Positions 40,029 through 49,177 of a stretch of DNA of 54,917 nucleotides are shown piece after piece. Numbering within the stretch: position 1 is the first letter of the stretch; the number at the start of each line of letters is the position of its first letter. This DNA comes from a virus (taxonomy: Duplodnaviria; Caudoviricetes): IMG/VR virus record IMGVR_UViG_3300020388_000022, positions 1 through 54,917 of that record; one strand, written 5' to 3'. A program made the position numbers and the translations under genes. The notes below the pieces were generated by a model, which saw only the letters and a list, made by a program, of their open reading frames with translations, made no database searches and was not told the origin of the DNA.

Positions 40029-40291
40029 CAAAAAGAGAAGAAGCTTTAGTCATAACCATGGAAGAATGTGGTGAGCTTATTCAAGCTTGCAGTAAAGTTA
40101 TCAGAACAAAAGAAGATACCAAATACATGAGAAATCTACAAGACGAAATTGGTGATGTGATGTGTATGATAGAAATTTTAAAAATGAGTGGCTTAGTAAC
40201 CGATAAACAAATAGAAGATCGCATGGAAGTGAAAAAGAAAAAATTAATGAAATGGAGTTTATTATATGAAAATAGTAATACCAACATATAA
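40025..40291 (+). CDS. Small MazG-like NTP pyrophosphohydrolase
   Basis: MEECGELIQACSK...LQDEIGDV. Confidence 0.78.
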   Translation: MTKREEALVITMEECGELIQACSKVIRTKEDTKYMRNLQDEIGDVMCMIEILKMSGLVTDKQIEDRMEVKKKKLMKWSLLYENSNTNI

Positions 40292-41081
40292 AAGACCCGA
40301 CGGTCAATTAGATATTTTAGAAAACGGGTGGATACCTGAAAGTTATTATCATAATGTTTATGTTTGTATCAGAAATACTATAGAAGAGTACGAGAGATAT
40401 AAACACCTAGAAGATAGAGTTACTTTAGTTCCATTAGATTTACCAGAAGATTCTGGCATACCAGAAAAAAGAGATGCAATATGTCGTCACTTTGCTGGTG
40501 AGAAAATATGGATGTGTGATGATGATATTAAAATTGTATCTACACATTTAAGAGACGACAAAGGTTATATTATCAAAGATAAAACATTAAGTCGAGCATC
40601 TTTTAATATGTTAATTTCAACAGCCAATGAATTACTAGATGAACATCCATTTGGTGTAGTAAATACTGGATTCTTTCCACACGATAAAAAGAAACATCCT
40701 ATTGCATTAAATCGTTGGGGTGCATTTAATTCTTTTATTAATTTAAGTAAACTAAATGCAGATGATCTAGGTTATACAAGAGTGAAATATTACGAAGATA
40801 TCGCTGCTTGGTTAAGTGCTATAGATATAGGGTATGACAATTTTTCTATATTTGGATGGTTGTTAATTATCGGAAAAGAAAAGAGTGGTGGTAATGTGGC
40901 AGCAAGAAACGAAGATACAATGGAAGAAGCATCTCAAAAGCTTCATGCATTATATCCAGATCATATTAAACTACAAAATAAAGCAGTAGATAAAAAGAAT
41001 AATAGAAGAGTGTATTTAAAAGTTATGCCAAAAGGCGTACCAAAATATTTAAAAGATTTAGAAGCATCTATTGACATCTAA
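40266..41081 (+). CDS. GT-A DNA glycosyltransferase (T2/T6 beta-glucosyl-HMC-alpha-glucosyltransferase-like)
   Basis: IVIPTYKR, GIPEKRDAI...AGEKIWMCDDD, YYED, SGGN. Confidence 0.78.
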   Translation: MKIVIPTYKRPDGQLDILENGWIPESYYHNVYVCIRNTIEEYERYKHLEDRVTLVPLDLPEDSGIPEKRDAICRHFAGEKIWMCDDDIKIVSTHLRDDKGYIIKDKTLSRASFNMLISTANELLDEHPFGVVNTGFFPHDKKKHPIALNRWGAFNSFINLSKLNADDLGYTRVKYYEDIAAWLSAIDIGYDNFSIFGWLLIIGKEKSGGNVAARNEDTMEEASQKLHALYPDHIKLQNKAVDKKNNRRVYLKVMPKGVPKYLKDLEASIDI

Positions 41082-41099
41082 CTAAAAACGTGTTATAAT
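41071..41099 (+). promoter_or_regulatory. Early/middle promoter for the alpha-glycosyltransferase operon
   Basis: TTGACA-17 nt-TATAAT, ending 9 nt before ATG. Confidence 0.75.
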
Positions 41100-41108
41100 A
41101 TATTAATT

Positions 41109-42479
41109 ATGGTTGATAAGAAAATCGCAATAGTATTCGGCAAAGGCCTTGATGGCTGTGGTGTCGAAAAGTTTGGTTATGAATGGCAAAGATATGATCC
41201 AGAAAATATCGATGTCTTTGCATTAAAAGAAAGAGCATTCAATCGTGGTGGTACACATATCACTGACTATACAGAATTTAAACCAGACGAAATGTCAACC
41301 ATTGCAGAAAGATTAAATAAAGATTATGATATTGTAATTATTAATTCTTATCCAAGTCCATTACATTCACAAAAGACTGTAACTAGTTTTTATCGTGATC
41401 TAATACTAAAAATAGATAAACCAATTCTAGTAAGTATGATGCATGAGATTATACAATCTAATTATGATCGTATACCATTACAGGTTGCGATCTCAAATGC
41501 TGCAGATGTAGTATTTAATTTTTCTACCCATACTAACTATGCAAAAGATATGGCAAGAATACTTACCAATAAAAAATTAGGTGAACGTATTGCTAGAATG
41601 AAATTACCATTAACACTAGATGATTTTCAGAAATGGAGAGTTACACACGATCAAAAGAAAAGAAGATGCATCTATGCAGGTCGTTGGTCATCTATGAAAC
41701 AACCTAATGTTATAATCGAACTATGGGAAAGAGATAAAGACTTTCATTATGCATTACATGGTATTGAAAAATCTATTGGTGCTAAGTTTGATGTTATTGA
41801 CCCTTGTGATTATTTTAGAAAATATACAGGTACATATAACTATGAATCAGAAAGATGCGAATGCTTTGGTGAGTTTGATTACAATCAAGGTATGACACTT
41901 ATATCTGAATCTATGTTTGGTTATAGTGGATTCCATCTTCCAAAGATGCCACATAATTATGGAGATAGATTTGAATATGCTCAGATGGAAATAATTGCAT
42001 GTGGTACAGTTCCTATATTTGATATGCACTATGCAAATCATAATAAAGCAACTGATGGTAGTCTATTTGCAGATCACCCTATTGCAATATGGAATGATCG
42101 TACTAATTTAGATATGACAATAGATTTAATACATACGGTGGCAGATGATTCAACTACTTATTCTCAATACAATAAAGATGGTTTAGAGTTTCTGCATCAA
42201 GAAGCAGAATCAAGTGTAGTTATACCTGGCATGATAGAACATATTTGCACTATGGGTAAACAAGAAGATAAATGGAATACACAAGACTTACTCAGAGAAG
42301 TCTACAAGACAGAAGAAGCATACGAAGAGTTTAATTATCTTTTAAATAATAAGATAGCAGCTCTTGGCGTAAAAGAAATAGACAATGGTGATCTAAGTTA
42401 TTTTGAAAAGAAAGCTAGATTAATACACAAGAACATAAGTGAATTGAATACACAATCATTGGAGGATTTCTTTGGATAG
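41109..42479 (+). CDS. DNA alpha-glycosyltransferase (T4 alpha-gt-like, GT-B)
   Basis: GKGLDGCGVEKF, IINSYP, YAGRWSSMK, GIEKS, FEYAQMEIIACGTVPIF; C-terminal SLEDFFG. Confidence 0.85.
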   Translation: MVDKKIAIVFGKGLDGCGVEKFGYEWQRYDPENIDVFALKERAFNRGGTHITDYTEFKPDEMSTIAERLNKDYDIVIINSYPSPLHSQKTVTSFYRDLILKIDKPILVSMMHEIIQSNYDRIPLQVAISNAADVVFNFSTHTNYAKDMARILTNKKLGERIARMKLPLTLDDFQKWRVTHDQKKRRCIYAGRWSSMKQPNVIIELWERDKDFHYALHGIEKSIGAKFDVIDPCDYFRKYTGTYNYESERCECFGEFDYNQGMTLISESMFGYSGFHLPKMPHNYGDRFEYAQMEIIACGTVPIFDMHYANHNKATDGSLFADHPIAIWNDRTNLDMTIDLIHTVADDSTTYSQYNKDGLEFLHQEAESSVVIPGMIEHICTMGKQEDKWNTQDLLREVYKTEEAYEEFNYLLNNKIAALGVKEIDNGDLSYFEKKARLIHKNISELNTQSLEDFFG

Positions 42480-42831
42480 TATAGTAATAGATATTGACGA
42501 TACAATTTGTTATACCAAGCATGCGTATAAAGATGCTAAAACAAAATATGGTGAAGCATTACCAAATTTAAAAGTTATTAAAGGTATACGTAAACTTAAA
42601 TCAAAAGGGTTTAAGATTATATTACATACAGCTAGAAGAATGTTAACCTTTGATGGTGACATAAATAAAATAATAGATGATGTCGGAGACATAACAACTG
42701 ATTGGTTAGAGAGGCATGAGGTGCCCTACGATGAATTGGTTTGGGGTAAGCCTTATAGTTCTACCTTTTATGTCGACGATAAAGCAATGAATTTAAATGA
42801 GTTTATAGAATGGACAGATCATACAATTTAA
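42472..42831 (+). CDS. HAD phosphatase (capsule-biosynthesis BcbF/EcbF-like)
   Basis: DIDDTIC, LHTAR, VPYDEL.WGKP, YVDDKA. Confidence 0.82.
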   Translation: MDSIVIDIDDTICYTKHAYKDAKTKYGEALPNLKVIKGIRKLKSKGFKIILHTARRMLTFDGDINKIIDDVGDITTDWLERHEVPYDELVWGKPYSSTFYVDDKAMNLNEFIEWTDHTI

Positions 42832-44306
42832 TAATACCAGCTGCTGGAGCAGCAACAAGATTAAGACCTCTATCATCTAACACATCCAAAGTGATGGTTC
42901 GTGTTAATGGTAAGCCTTGCCTTGATTACATCATAGAGGCCGTCAACGGTGAAGTTGACGAAGTAATCGTTGTGGATGGAAAGTTCAATGATATTCGCGA
43001 GTATTGTGCACTTAAACATCCAAAGGTAAGGTTTGCTAATCAGCCATCGTTTGATGGACCAAGAGATGCAATTAAAATTGGAATGGAAGCTTTAAAAGAC
43101 CCTTCAAAACCAGTTGTTGTTTGGTTGGGTGATGCAATCATTTTAGAAAAGGGTATGCCTTTAGGTCATGACTTTCTATTAACTAAAAGAGTAACAGATC
43201 AATCAGCATGGTGCATGTGGGATGGTAGAAATTATTATAATAAACCTAAACAACCAGTAGAAGATTGCAATGCTCTTGTTGGTTTATATTCTTTCAGTTA
43301 TGGTAAAGATGCACTTAATGCTTTTAAACATACAGATGGATATGATATATCAGATGCTTTAGAGCATTATACAATGGATTCAGACAATAGGTTTGCCGAA
43401 TATATTACAGATGAATGGTATGACATTGGAGACTTACCAACATATTATAAAACATGTGCAGCTCTACTTAATACAAAAGCTCGTGCATTTAATAACTTAC
43501 ACTTTAATTCTGATTTAGGAACAATAAGAAAACAACCAACCTATCACGATAAAGATTCAATCAGTATTTTAAAACATGAAAAAGAATGGTACGATGAACT
43601 TACACCAGAGCAATCTATGTTTACACCTAGAATATTACCACATCCAGTTGATTTGATTATGTCATACGAAAGTGGTACATTACTAAGTGATTTAATGTTA
43701 TATGATAATATACCAAATAGTCATTGGGATTATATCCTAGACAGAATCTTTAATATTAAATTAAAATATTTTAATGCTAGAGTTACTGATCCAAATTATA
43801 TTGAAAAATTTAGTTCGATATCAAAAAAAATGTGGGTAGATAAAACAAACAAAAGATTAATGGATCAATCTTTAATCTTTCCAACTACACATATTAATTT
43901 GCTAAAAAATTATGCAGAAGAAATATACAAACATACAACCCCTATATTTGGTATGCATGGTGATTTGCATTTCGGTAACATATTATATAATCAACAAACA
44001 GATCAATTTAAACTATTGGATCCAAGAGGAGACTATGGTGGAATGAGCGGTACAGCTGGCGATAACATATATGATTGGGCAAAGCTTGCTCATGATTGTG
44101 TTTATGGTTATAATGCAATTGTTGCAGATGTACCACAGAACGAATATGTGAAAGAAGCATTTATTCGTAAATTAGACGAGTACGATTTACCTAAAGATAC
44201 TATTCTTAAAGGTGGATTATTATTATTGGCCACATGTATACCATTACATTATGATGATGCGGCTAGACAAAAAAGAATGAAAAAGAGGATAATAAATGAA
44301 TTATAG
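42810..44306 (+). CDS. Sugar-phosphate nucleotidyltransferase fused to an APH/choline-kinase-like domain
   Basis: IIPAAGAATRLRPLS..TSKVMV, WLGD, WYDIG; C-terminal HGDLHFGNILY, LLDPRG, YDWAKL. Confidence 0.82.
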   Translation: MDRSYNLIIPAAGAATRLRPLSSNTSKVMVRVNGKPCLDYIIEAVNGEVDEVIVVDGKFNDIREYCALKHPKVRFANQPSFDGPRDAIKIGMEALKDPSKPVVVWLGDAIILEKGMPLGHDFLLTKRVTDQSAWCMWDGRNYYNKPKQPVEDCNALVGLYSFSYGKDALNAFKHTDGYDISDALEHYTMDSDNRFAEYITDEWYDIGDLPTYYKTCAALLNTKARAFNNLHFNSDLGTIRKQPTYHDKDSISILKHEKEWYDELTPEQSMFTPRILPHPVDLIMSYESGTLLSDLMLYDNIPNSHWDYILDRIFNIKLKYFNARVTDPNYIEKFSSISKKMWVDKTNKRLMDQSLIFPTTHINLLKNYAEEIYKHTTPIFGMHGDLHFGNILYNQQTDQFKLLDPRGDYGGMSGTAGDNIYDWAKLAHDCVYGYNAIVADVPQNEYVKEAFIRKLDEYDLPKDTILKGGLLLLATCIPLHYDDAARQKRMKKRIINEL

Positions 44307-45540
44307 TTCTATTATACCACTGATAGGTGGAGAGAGTGTTGCGGTAATGAATGTGTTAAACGGACAATTACCAGAAGAGGTTTTATCTTATACTGGTTTT
44401 GCAGATAACGATAGTCATTACATTAATTATTTAAGAGAAAAGAAAAATTGGAAAGGCGAATATACTTTCCTAGATGAAAACCCCAATCATAAACCGAAGA
44501 AGGTTGATGTAGTAAATACAGTTTGCCCTTGTGCAGGTCTTTCATCACTATCACAACATAGCGTTCGTAATGAAGGTCACAATGACTGGATGTTTGAATC
44601 GTCAAGATTTGTGTTAGGAAAAATACAACCTAAAGTCTTATGGGGTGAGAACGCTCCAAGACTTGCTATGGAACCCGGTAAAGAAGTGGTAGCTCAACTC
44701 AGAGAAATTGGAAAAGAATTTGGTTATACACTAAGTGTTTATAAAACAAAATCATTAGTTCAAGGTTACAGTCAAATAAGAGATCGTGCATTCTATTTCT
44801 TTTGGAAAGGCGATAAGGTACCATTATTAGATTACATATCAAGACCTCACCAAAAAATAGAGGACCTATTAACATCAGTCAAAAACGTTAAAGGCGATCC
44901 TATGAGTGAAGTACCTAATCAAAAGAAACCATCCGACGATCCAGTATATAAGTATTTCTTAAATAAAACTGGAATGACACATGCTGAATTCGTTGCAGCA
45001 TTACCTCAACCAAATATGAATCTATATGACTATATGGATTTTATTGGTAATGAAACTAAAGGTGGTTCTGGTAAGACTTATGCTGGATGGTACGAAGTAT
45101 TAGAACACGTAAGTAAAAACGAAGATGAACTCTCTGGTAGATGGGCAAAGAGTTTACAAAGAATGATCGATAAACAAAAGGCAGGTGGTAGTGTAATGCG
45201 TAAGAGTACACAATTTCCTAAAGACTTTATTGGAGCCTTTGTTGGTCATTATCCATCTATGCTTACACATCCCACAGAAGATAGATTCCTTAGTTATAGG
45301 GAAATGCTATCTATCATGTATTTACCTGAGGATTTTGAATTATTAAATCCAAAGAGATTTACCAACCATATATGTCAGAACGTGCCTGTGAAAACAGCCG
45401 AAGACATGATGGAACAGGTCGTTAAATTCTGTGAGAATAAACTAGATTTAATTGATACTGATTATATTCTACAAGACAACAAAAGAAAAGTCCATGAATA
45501 TGCACAAAACAGTTTACAATTAGACCAGTTTATGATATAA
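44296..45540 (+). CDS. Divergent C5-cytosine DNA methyltransferase-fold protein
   Basis: Motif IV CPCAGLS, VI GENAP, VIII QIRDR, IX RFLSYRE...LPEDF, X CQNVP; motif I reads IPLIGG. Confidence 0.78.
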   Translation: MNYSSIIPLIGGESVAVMNVLNGQLPEEVLSYTGFADNDSHYINYLREKKNWKGEYTFLDENPNHKPKKVDVVNTVCPCAGLSSLSQHSVRNEGHNDWMFESSRFVLGKIQPKVLWGENAPRLAMEPGKEVVAQLREIGKEFGYTLSVYKTKSLVQGYSQIRDRAFYFFWKGDKVPLLDYISRPHQKIEDLLTSVKNVKGDPMSEVPNQKKPSDDPVYKYFLNKTGMTHAEFVAALPQPNMNLYDYMDFIGNETKGGSGKTYAGWYEVLEHVSKNEDELSGRWAKSLQRMIDKQKAGGSVMRKSTQFPKDFIGAFVGHYPSMLTHPTEDRFLSYREMLSIMYLPEDFELLNPKRFTNHICQNVPVKTAEDMMEQVVKFCENKLDLIDTDYILQDNKRKVHEYAQNSLQLDQFMI

Positions 45541-45561
45541 TGACCATATTAAATATAAATA
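45513..45561 (+). promoter_or_regulatory. Tandem early-type and late promoters for bS21
   Basis: TTTACA 45513-45518, 17 nt, TATAAT 45536-45541; TATAAATA 45554-45561. Confidence 0.7.
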
Positions 45562-45577
45562 ATAAAGGAGTGATATT

Positions 45578-45841
45578 ATGCCAAGTATTGATTTACGACC
45601 AAGCAAGAGACATCCAAAAGACAAGCGTCCTTCAAGACCTATGCCTTTTGATGTAGCTTTAAGAAAATTTAAGAAAGCCTGTGAGAAAGCAGGTATCGTG
45701 CAAGAGGTTCGTAGAAAAGAATTCTATGAAAAACCAACTGCAAAAAGAAAAAGAAAAAAGGCCGAGGCAAGATCAAGACATCTTAAGCAATTAAGAATGG
45801 ATCGAGCAATGGGCTTTCCAGAAAGAAGGAGGACTAGATAA
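45578..45841 (+). CDS. rpsU: Phage-encoded ribosomal protein bS21
   Basis: [40 protein letters not shown]. Confidence 0.95.
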   Translation: MPSIDLRPSKRHPKDKRPSRPMPFDVALRKFKKACEKAGIVQEVRRKEFYEKPTAKRKRKKAEARSRHLKQLRMDRAMGFPERRRTR

Positions 45842-46893
45842 TGTCTATAATGGATAAATTGAAAAAGAATAGTAAAGTAAAAAGTACTGATATATTATCA
45901 GAATCTATACTGTTCGGAGAAAAGGATATGATTCCTACAGATGTGCCTATGGTAAACGTTGCTTTATCAGGAGATATGGACGGAGGCTTGTCATCAGGTC
46001 TTACAGTATTGGCAGGGCCATCTAAACATTTTAAGACAAGTTTTGCTTTACTTATGGGTTCAGCCTATATGAAGAAATATCCAGAAGCTGTTATGCTTTT
46101 CTATGATTCAGAATTTGGTTCTCCACAGAACTATTTTGAATCTTTTGGTATTGATACAGATAGAGTATTACATACACCAATTCAAAACGTTGAAGAATTA
46201 AAATTTGACTTAGTTAGCCAATTAGAAAATATTGAAAGGGACGATAAAGTAATTATTGTAATCGATTCAATTGGTAACTTAGCATCCAAAAAAGAATTAG
46301 AAGATGCACTGAATGAAAAATCAGTTGCTGATATGACAAGAGCTAAAGCATTGAAGGGATTGTTCCGTATGGTCACTCCTTATCTCACTATGAGGAACGT
46401 CCCTTTGCTTGCTGTTAACCATACATATCAAGAAATAGGATTATTTCCTAAAGCAATTGTATCAGGTGGTACAGGTATTTATTACTCAGCTGATAACATT
46501 TGGATTATTGGTAGACGTCAACAGAAAAAAGGTACTGATGTTACAGGATATCACTTTATAGTTAATGTAGAGAAATCAAGGTTTGTAAAAGAAAAATCTA
46601 AAATCCCAGTTGAAGTTACTTGGGAAGGTGGTATTGCATCCTATGGTGGATTACTTGATGTAGCCTTAGCAGGTGGATATGTAACTAAACCAAATGTTGG
46701 TTGGTATGCAAGAGTCGATAAAGCTACAGGTGAGATTGAAGATGGTAAGGTTAGAGAAAAAGATACTAAGACTAAAAAGTTCTGGGATCCAATCTTTAAA
46801 GATACAGACTTCAAAGAATTTGTAAAATCTTATTATTCTATTGGCCATAAGCCATTGCTTGACATTGACTTAGACATGGCCATGGAGGAATAG
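45841..46893 (+). CDS. uvsX: RecA-like recombinase UvsX
   Basis: AGPSKHFKT, FYDSEFG, DSIGNLAS, SGGTGIYYSAD. Confidence 0.96.
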   Translation: MSIMDKLKKNSKVKSTDILSESILFGEKDMIPTDVPMVNVALSGDMDGGLSSGLTVLAGPSKHFKTSFALLMGSAYMKKYPEAVMLFYDSEFGSPQNYFESFGIDTDRVLHTPIQNVEELKFDLVSQLENIERDDKVIIVIDSIGNLASKKELEDALNEKSVADMTRAKALKGLFRMVTPYLTMRNVPLLAVNHTYQEIGLFPKAIVSGGTGIYYSADNIWIIGRRQQKKGTDVTGYHFIVNVEKSRFVKEKSKIPVEVTWEGGIASYGGLLDVALAGGYVTKPNVGWYARVDKATGEIEDGKVREKDTKTKKFWDPIFKDTDFKEFVKSYYSIGHKPLLDIDLDMAMEE

Positions 46894-46977
46894 ATGATGA
46901 AGATATGGAAAATGTTTCATAGGTTTATGAAATCTGGAAGAATAAATAAAGTTGTTAAGATGATAGATAAAAGATGA
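46894..46977 (+). CDS. 27-aa basic peptide, not in ORF track
   Basis: MMKIWKMFHRFMKSGRINKVVKMIDKR; GGAGG upstream, ATGA overlap with the next gene. Confidence 0.4.
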   Translation: MMKIWKMFHRFMKSGRINKVVKMIDKR

Positions 46978-47297
46978 TAACTGAAGCAGATTATACATTT
47001 ATAGAAAACCCTTCGCATCCACTACATGGTGTTAAATACCTAAGTGGTGATTTTAAAGATGTGACGGTAATTTATGGAACAGTAAAAATCAAGGAAACTC
47101 CTGAGCTTGGAATGGCGAGCTTAGGTTTTACCTTTCAGATATTGGATCCAGCAGATCACACAGTAGATGAACTAAACGAAAGTGAAAGTTTTAAAGATTA
47201 TATGGGTAGAGTATTACAGCATATAATTGAAAATAATTTAGAGGATATGAAAATTGGAACAGCTACAAACACACATACTGAGCCACCTTCTCAATAA
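46974..47297 (+). CDS. Hypothetical protein at the T4 gp40 position
   Basis: 107-aa ORF between uvsX and gp41; gp40 identity is positional only. Confidence 0.6.
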   Translation: MITEADYTFIENPSHPLHGVKYLSGDFKDVTVIYGTVKIKETPELGMASLGFTFQILDPADHTVDELNESESFKDYMGRVLQHIIENNLEDMKIGTATNTHTEPPSQ

Positions 47298-48636
47298 CGA
47301 AGAGTATTGCAGAAGAGTAATTCCTTTTATCAAGAAGGAATATTTTGAAGGTTCACACAAAACAGTTTTTGATCTAATCGTTGCATTTGTTGGTGCACAT
47401 AATAAATTACCAACAAGCAAAGTATTAGAATTAGAACTCAGAAAGATCAATGCACACGAAGATGTATTGAATCAAGCATCTGTATTAATTACAGAGATCA
47501 ATAATAAGTCAGACGTTGATACTGACTATCTTATACAAGAATCAGAAAGATGGTGTAAAGAACGTGCAGTTTATAACGCTATCATGGAATCTATACAAAT
47601 CATAGATGGTAAAGATGGAGAAAGAAGTGAAGGTGCTATACCTGAAATACTATCTTCTGCATTGGGTACATCGTTTGACCAAGCAATTGGCCATGACTAT
47701 GTTGATAACTCGGAAGAACGATTTGACTTTTATAATAAAAAAGAAGATCGTACACCATTTGATTTAGATTACTTTAATAAAATTACAAAAGGTGGATTAC
47801 CTAACAAGACTTTGAATATTGCTCTTGCCGGGACTGGTGTTGGTAAATCTTTGTTTATGTGTCATTGTGCTGCATCAGTCCTGGAACAAGGCAAGAACGT
47901 ATTATACATTACAATGGAAATGGCAGAAGAAAGAATTGCAGAAAGAATAGATGCAAATCTTATGAACCTACCTATTGAAAGATTAGGCTCATTACCTAAA
48001 AATGTATTTGATGAAAAGATACAAAAGATTGCAAAATCATCTATTGGTAAACTTATAATAAAAGAATATCCAACAGGTGCTGCACATACTGGTCACTTTA
48101 GAGCTTTACTAAATGAATTAAAGCTTAAGAAAGATTTTAAACCAGATATAATATACATTGATTACCTTAACATTTGTTCTTCCAGCCGCATGCGTGGGTT
48201 AGGTGGAAGTATAAATAGTTATTCGTATATCAAAGCAATCGCGGAAGAACTTCGTGGATTGGCTGTGGAATTCAATGTTCCAATAGTTTCGGCTACACAG
48301 ACGACGAGGTCTGGATTTAGTAATACTGACGTCGGACTAGAGGATACATCTGAATCATTTGGTTTACCAGCAACTGCTGACTTGATGTTTGCTATAATAA
48401 GCACAGAAGAGTTAGAAGAATTAGGGCAGTTACTGATAAAACAATTGAAAAATCGATATAACGATCCTACAAAATATCGCAGATTTGTGATTGGAGTGGA
48501 TCGATCTCGTATGAAACTTTATGATGTGGAAGAGTCGGCTCAGTCTGATATTATGTCAGACATGATTCCCGATAAACCAATAAACAAATTTGGCGAAAGA
48601 GAACAACCAGACTCTTTCACAGATTTTAAAGTATAA
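47254..48636 (+). CDS. gp41: Replicative helicase gp41 (DnaB-like)
   Basis: AGTGVGKS, YITMEMAEE, IDYLNI, SATQTTR, SESFGLPATAD, QLKNRY; TTG start. Confidence 0.96.
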   Translation: MEQLQTHILSHLLNNEEYCRRVIPFIKKEYFEGSHKTVFDLIVAFVGAHNKLPTSKVLELELRKINAHEDVLNQASVLITEINNKSDVDTDYLIQESERWCKERAVYNAIMESIQIIDGKDGERSEGAIPEILSSALGTSFDQAIGHDYVDNSEERFDFYNKKEDRTPFDLDYFNKITKGGLPNKTLNIALAGTGVGKSLFMCHCAASVLEQGKNVLYITMEMAEERIAERIDANLMNLPIERLGSLPKNVFDEKIQKIAKSSIGKLIIKEYPTGAAHTGHFRALLNELKLKKDFKPDIIYIDYLNICSSSRMRGLGGSINSYSYIKAIAEELRGLAVEFNVPIVSATQTTRSGFSNTDVGLEDTSESFGLPATADLMFAIISTEELEELGQLLIKQLKNRYNDPTKYRRFVIGVDRSRMKLYDVEESAQSDIMSDMIPDKPINKFGEREQPDSFTDFKV

Positions 48637-48656
48637 TAAAATAAGGGAGAAAACTT

Positions 48657-48830
48657 ATGGATATGATTAAGAATTGGGTATTAAGCAGATGGTCTGAAAG
48701 GACCACTTGGGACGGCGGTGTTATCATCGGCGTTAGTTTATCATACATCCTTCTAGGAGGATTAGTTGATTGGCTAGCTTATGTTGCCTTAGCTTATGGT
48801 GTATACACACTAGTAAAAGCAGAATTATAA
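48657..48830 (+). CDS. 57-aa two-TM membrane protein, possibly holin-like; not in ORF track
   Basis: MDMIKNWVLSRWSERTTWDGGVIIGVSLSYILLGGLVDWLAYVALAYGVYTLVKAEL; GGGAG RBS. Confidence 0.6.
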   Translation: MDMIKNWVLSRWSERTTWDGGVIIGVSLSYILLGGLVDWLAYVALAYGVYTLVKAEL

Positions 48831-48839
48831 CATAATCAT

Positions 48840-48863
48840 GGGGAGCGTTCAGCTCCCCTTTTT
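48840..48863 (+). terminator. Rho-independent terminator
   Basis: GGGGAGC-gttca-GCTCCCC followed by TTTTT. Confidence 0.88.
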
Positions 48864-48866
48864 AAT

Positions 48867-48927
48867 TGTGACAATTGTGTGACAATTTCAAAAAACCGTT
48901 GACAAACCTCTTAAACTATGATACTAT
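48867..48927 (+). promoter_or_regulatory. Third operator-bearing sigma70 promoter
   Basis: TGTGACAATTGTGTGACAAT 48867-48886; TTGACA 48899-48904, 17 nt, TACTAT 48922-48927. Confidence 0.8.
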
Positions 48928-48958
48928 AATCATATATCATTAAGAAAAGGAGTTAATA

Positions 48959-49177
48959 ATGAGCAATATAATAAATGAACAAATACTTGAGGATCTAGCT
49001 CAAGAGATAGACAATATGTCTGGTAGATGTATTGTAAACGAGGTGTTAGGTAGATCAGCACCTTATAGTAATAATCCACCATCATCTGATTCGTGGGACG
49101 AATTTTTCGCTTTTGCTGATATGAATAGTTTTAAAAACAGGCTAATGAAAAAAAGGTTTGAGGAGATGTGCAGATGA
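48959..49177 (+). CDS. Small early hypothetical protein
   Basis: AAGGAG RBS; first gene after the promoter. Confidence 0.65.
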   Translation: MSNIINEQILEDLAQEIDNMSGRCIVNEVLGRSAPYSNNPPSSDSWDEFFAFADMNSFKNRLMKKRFEEMCR

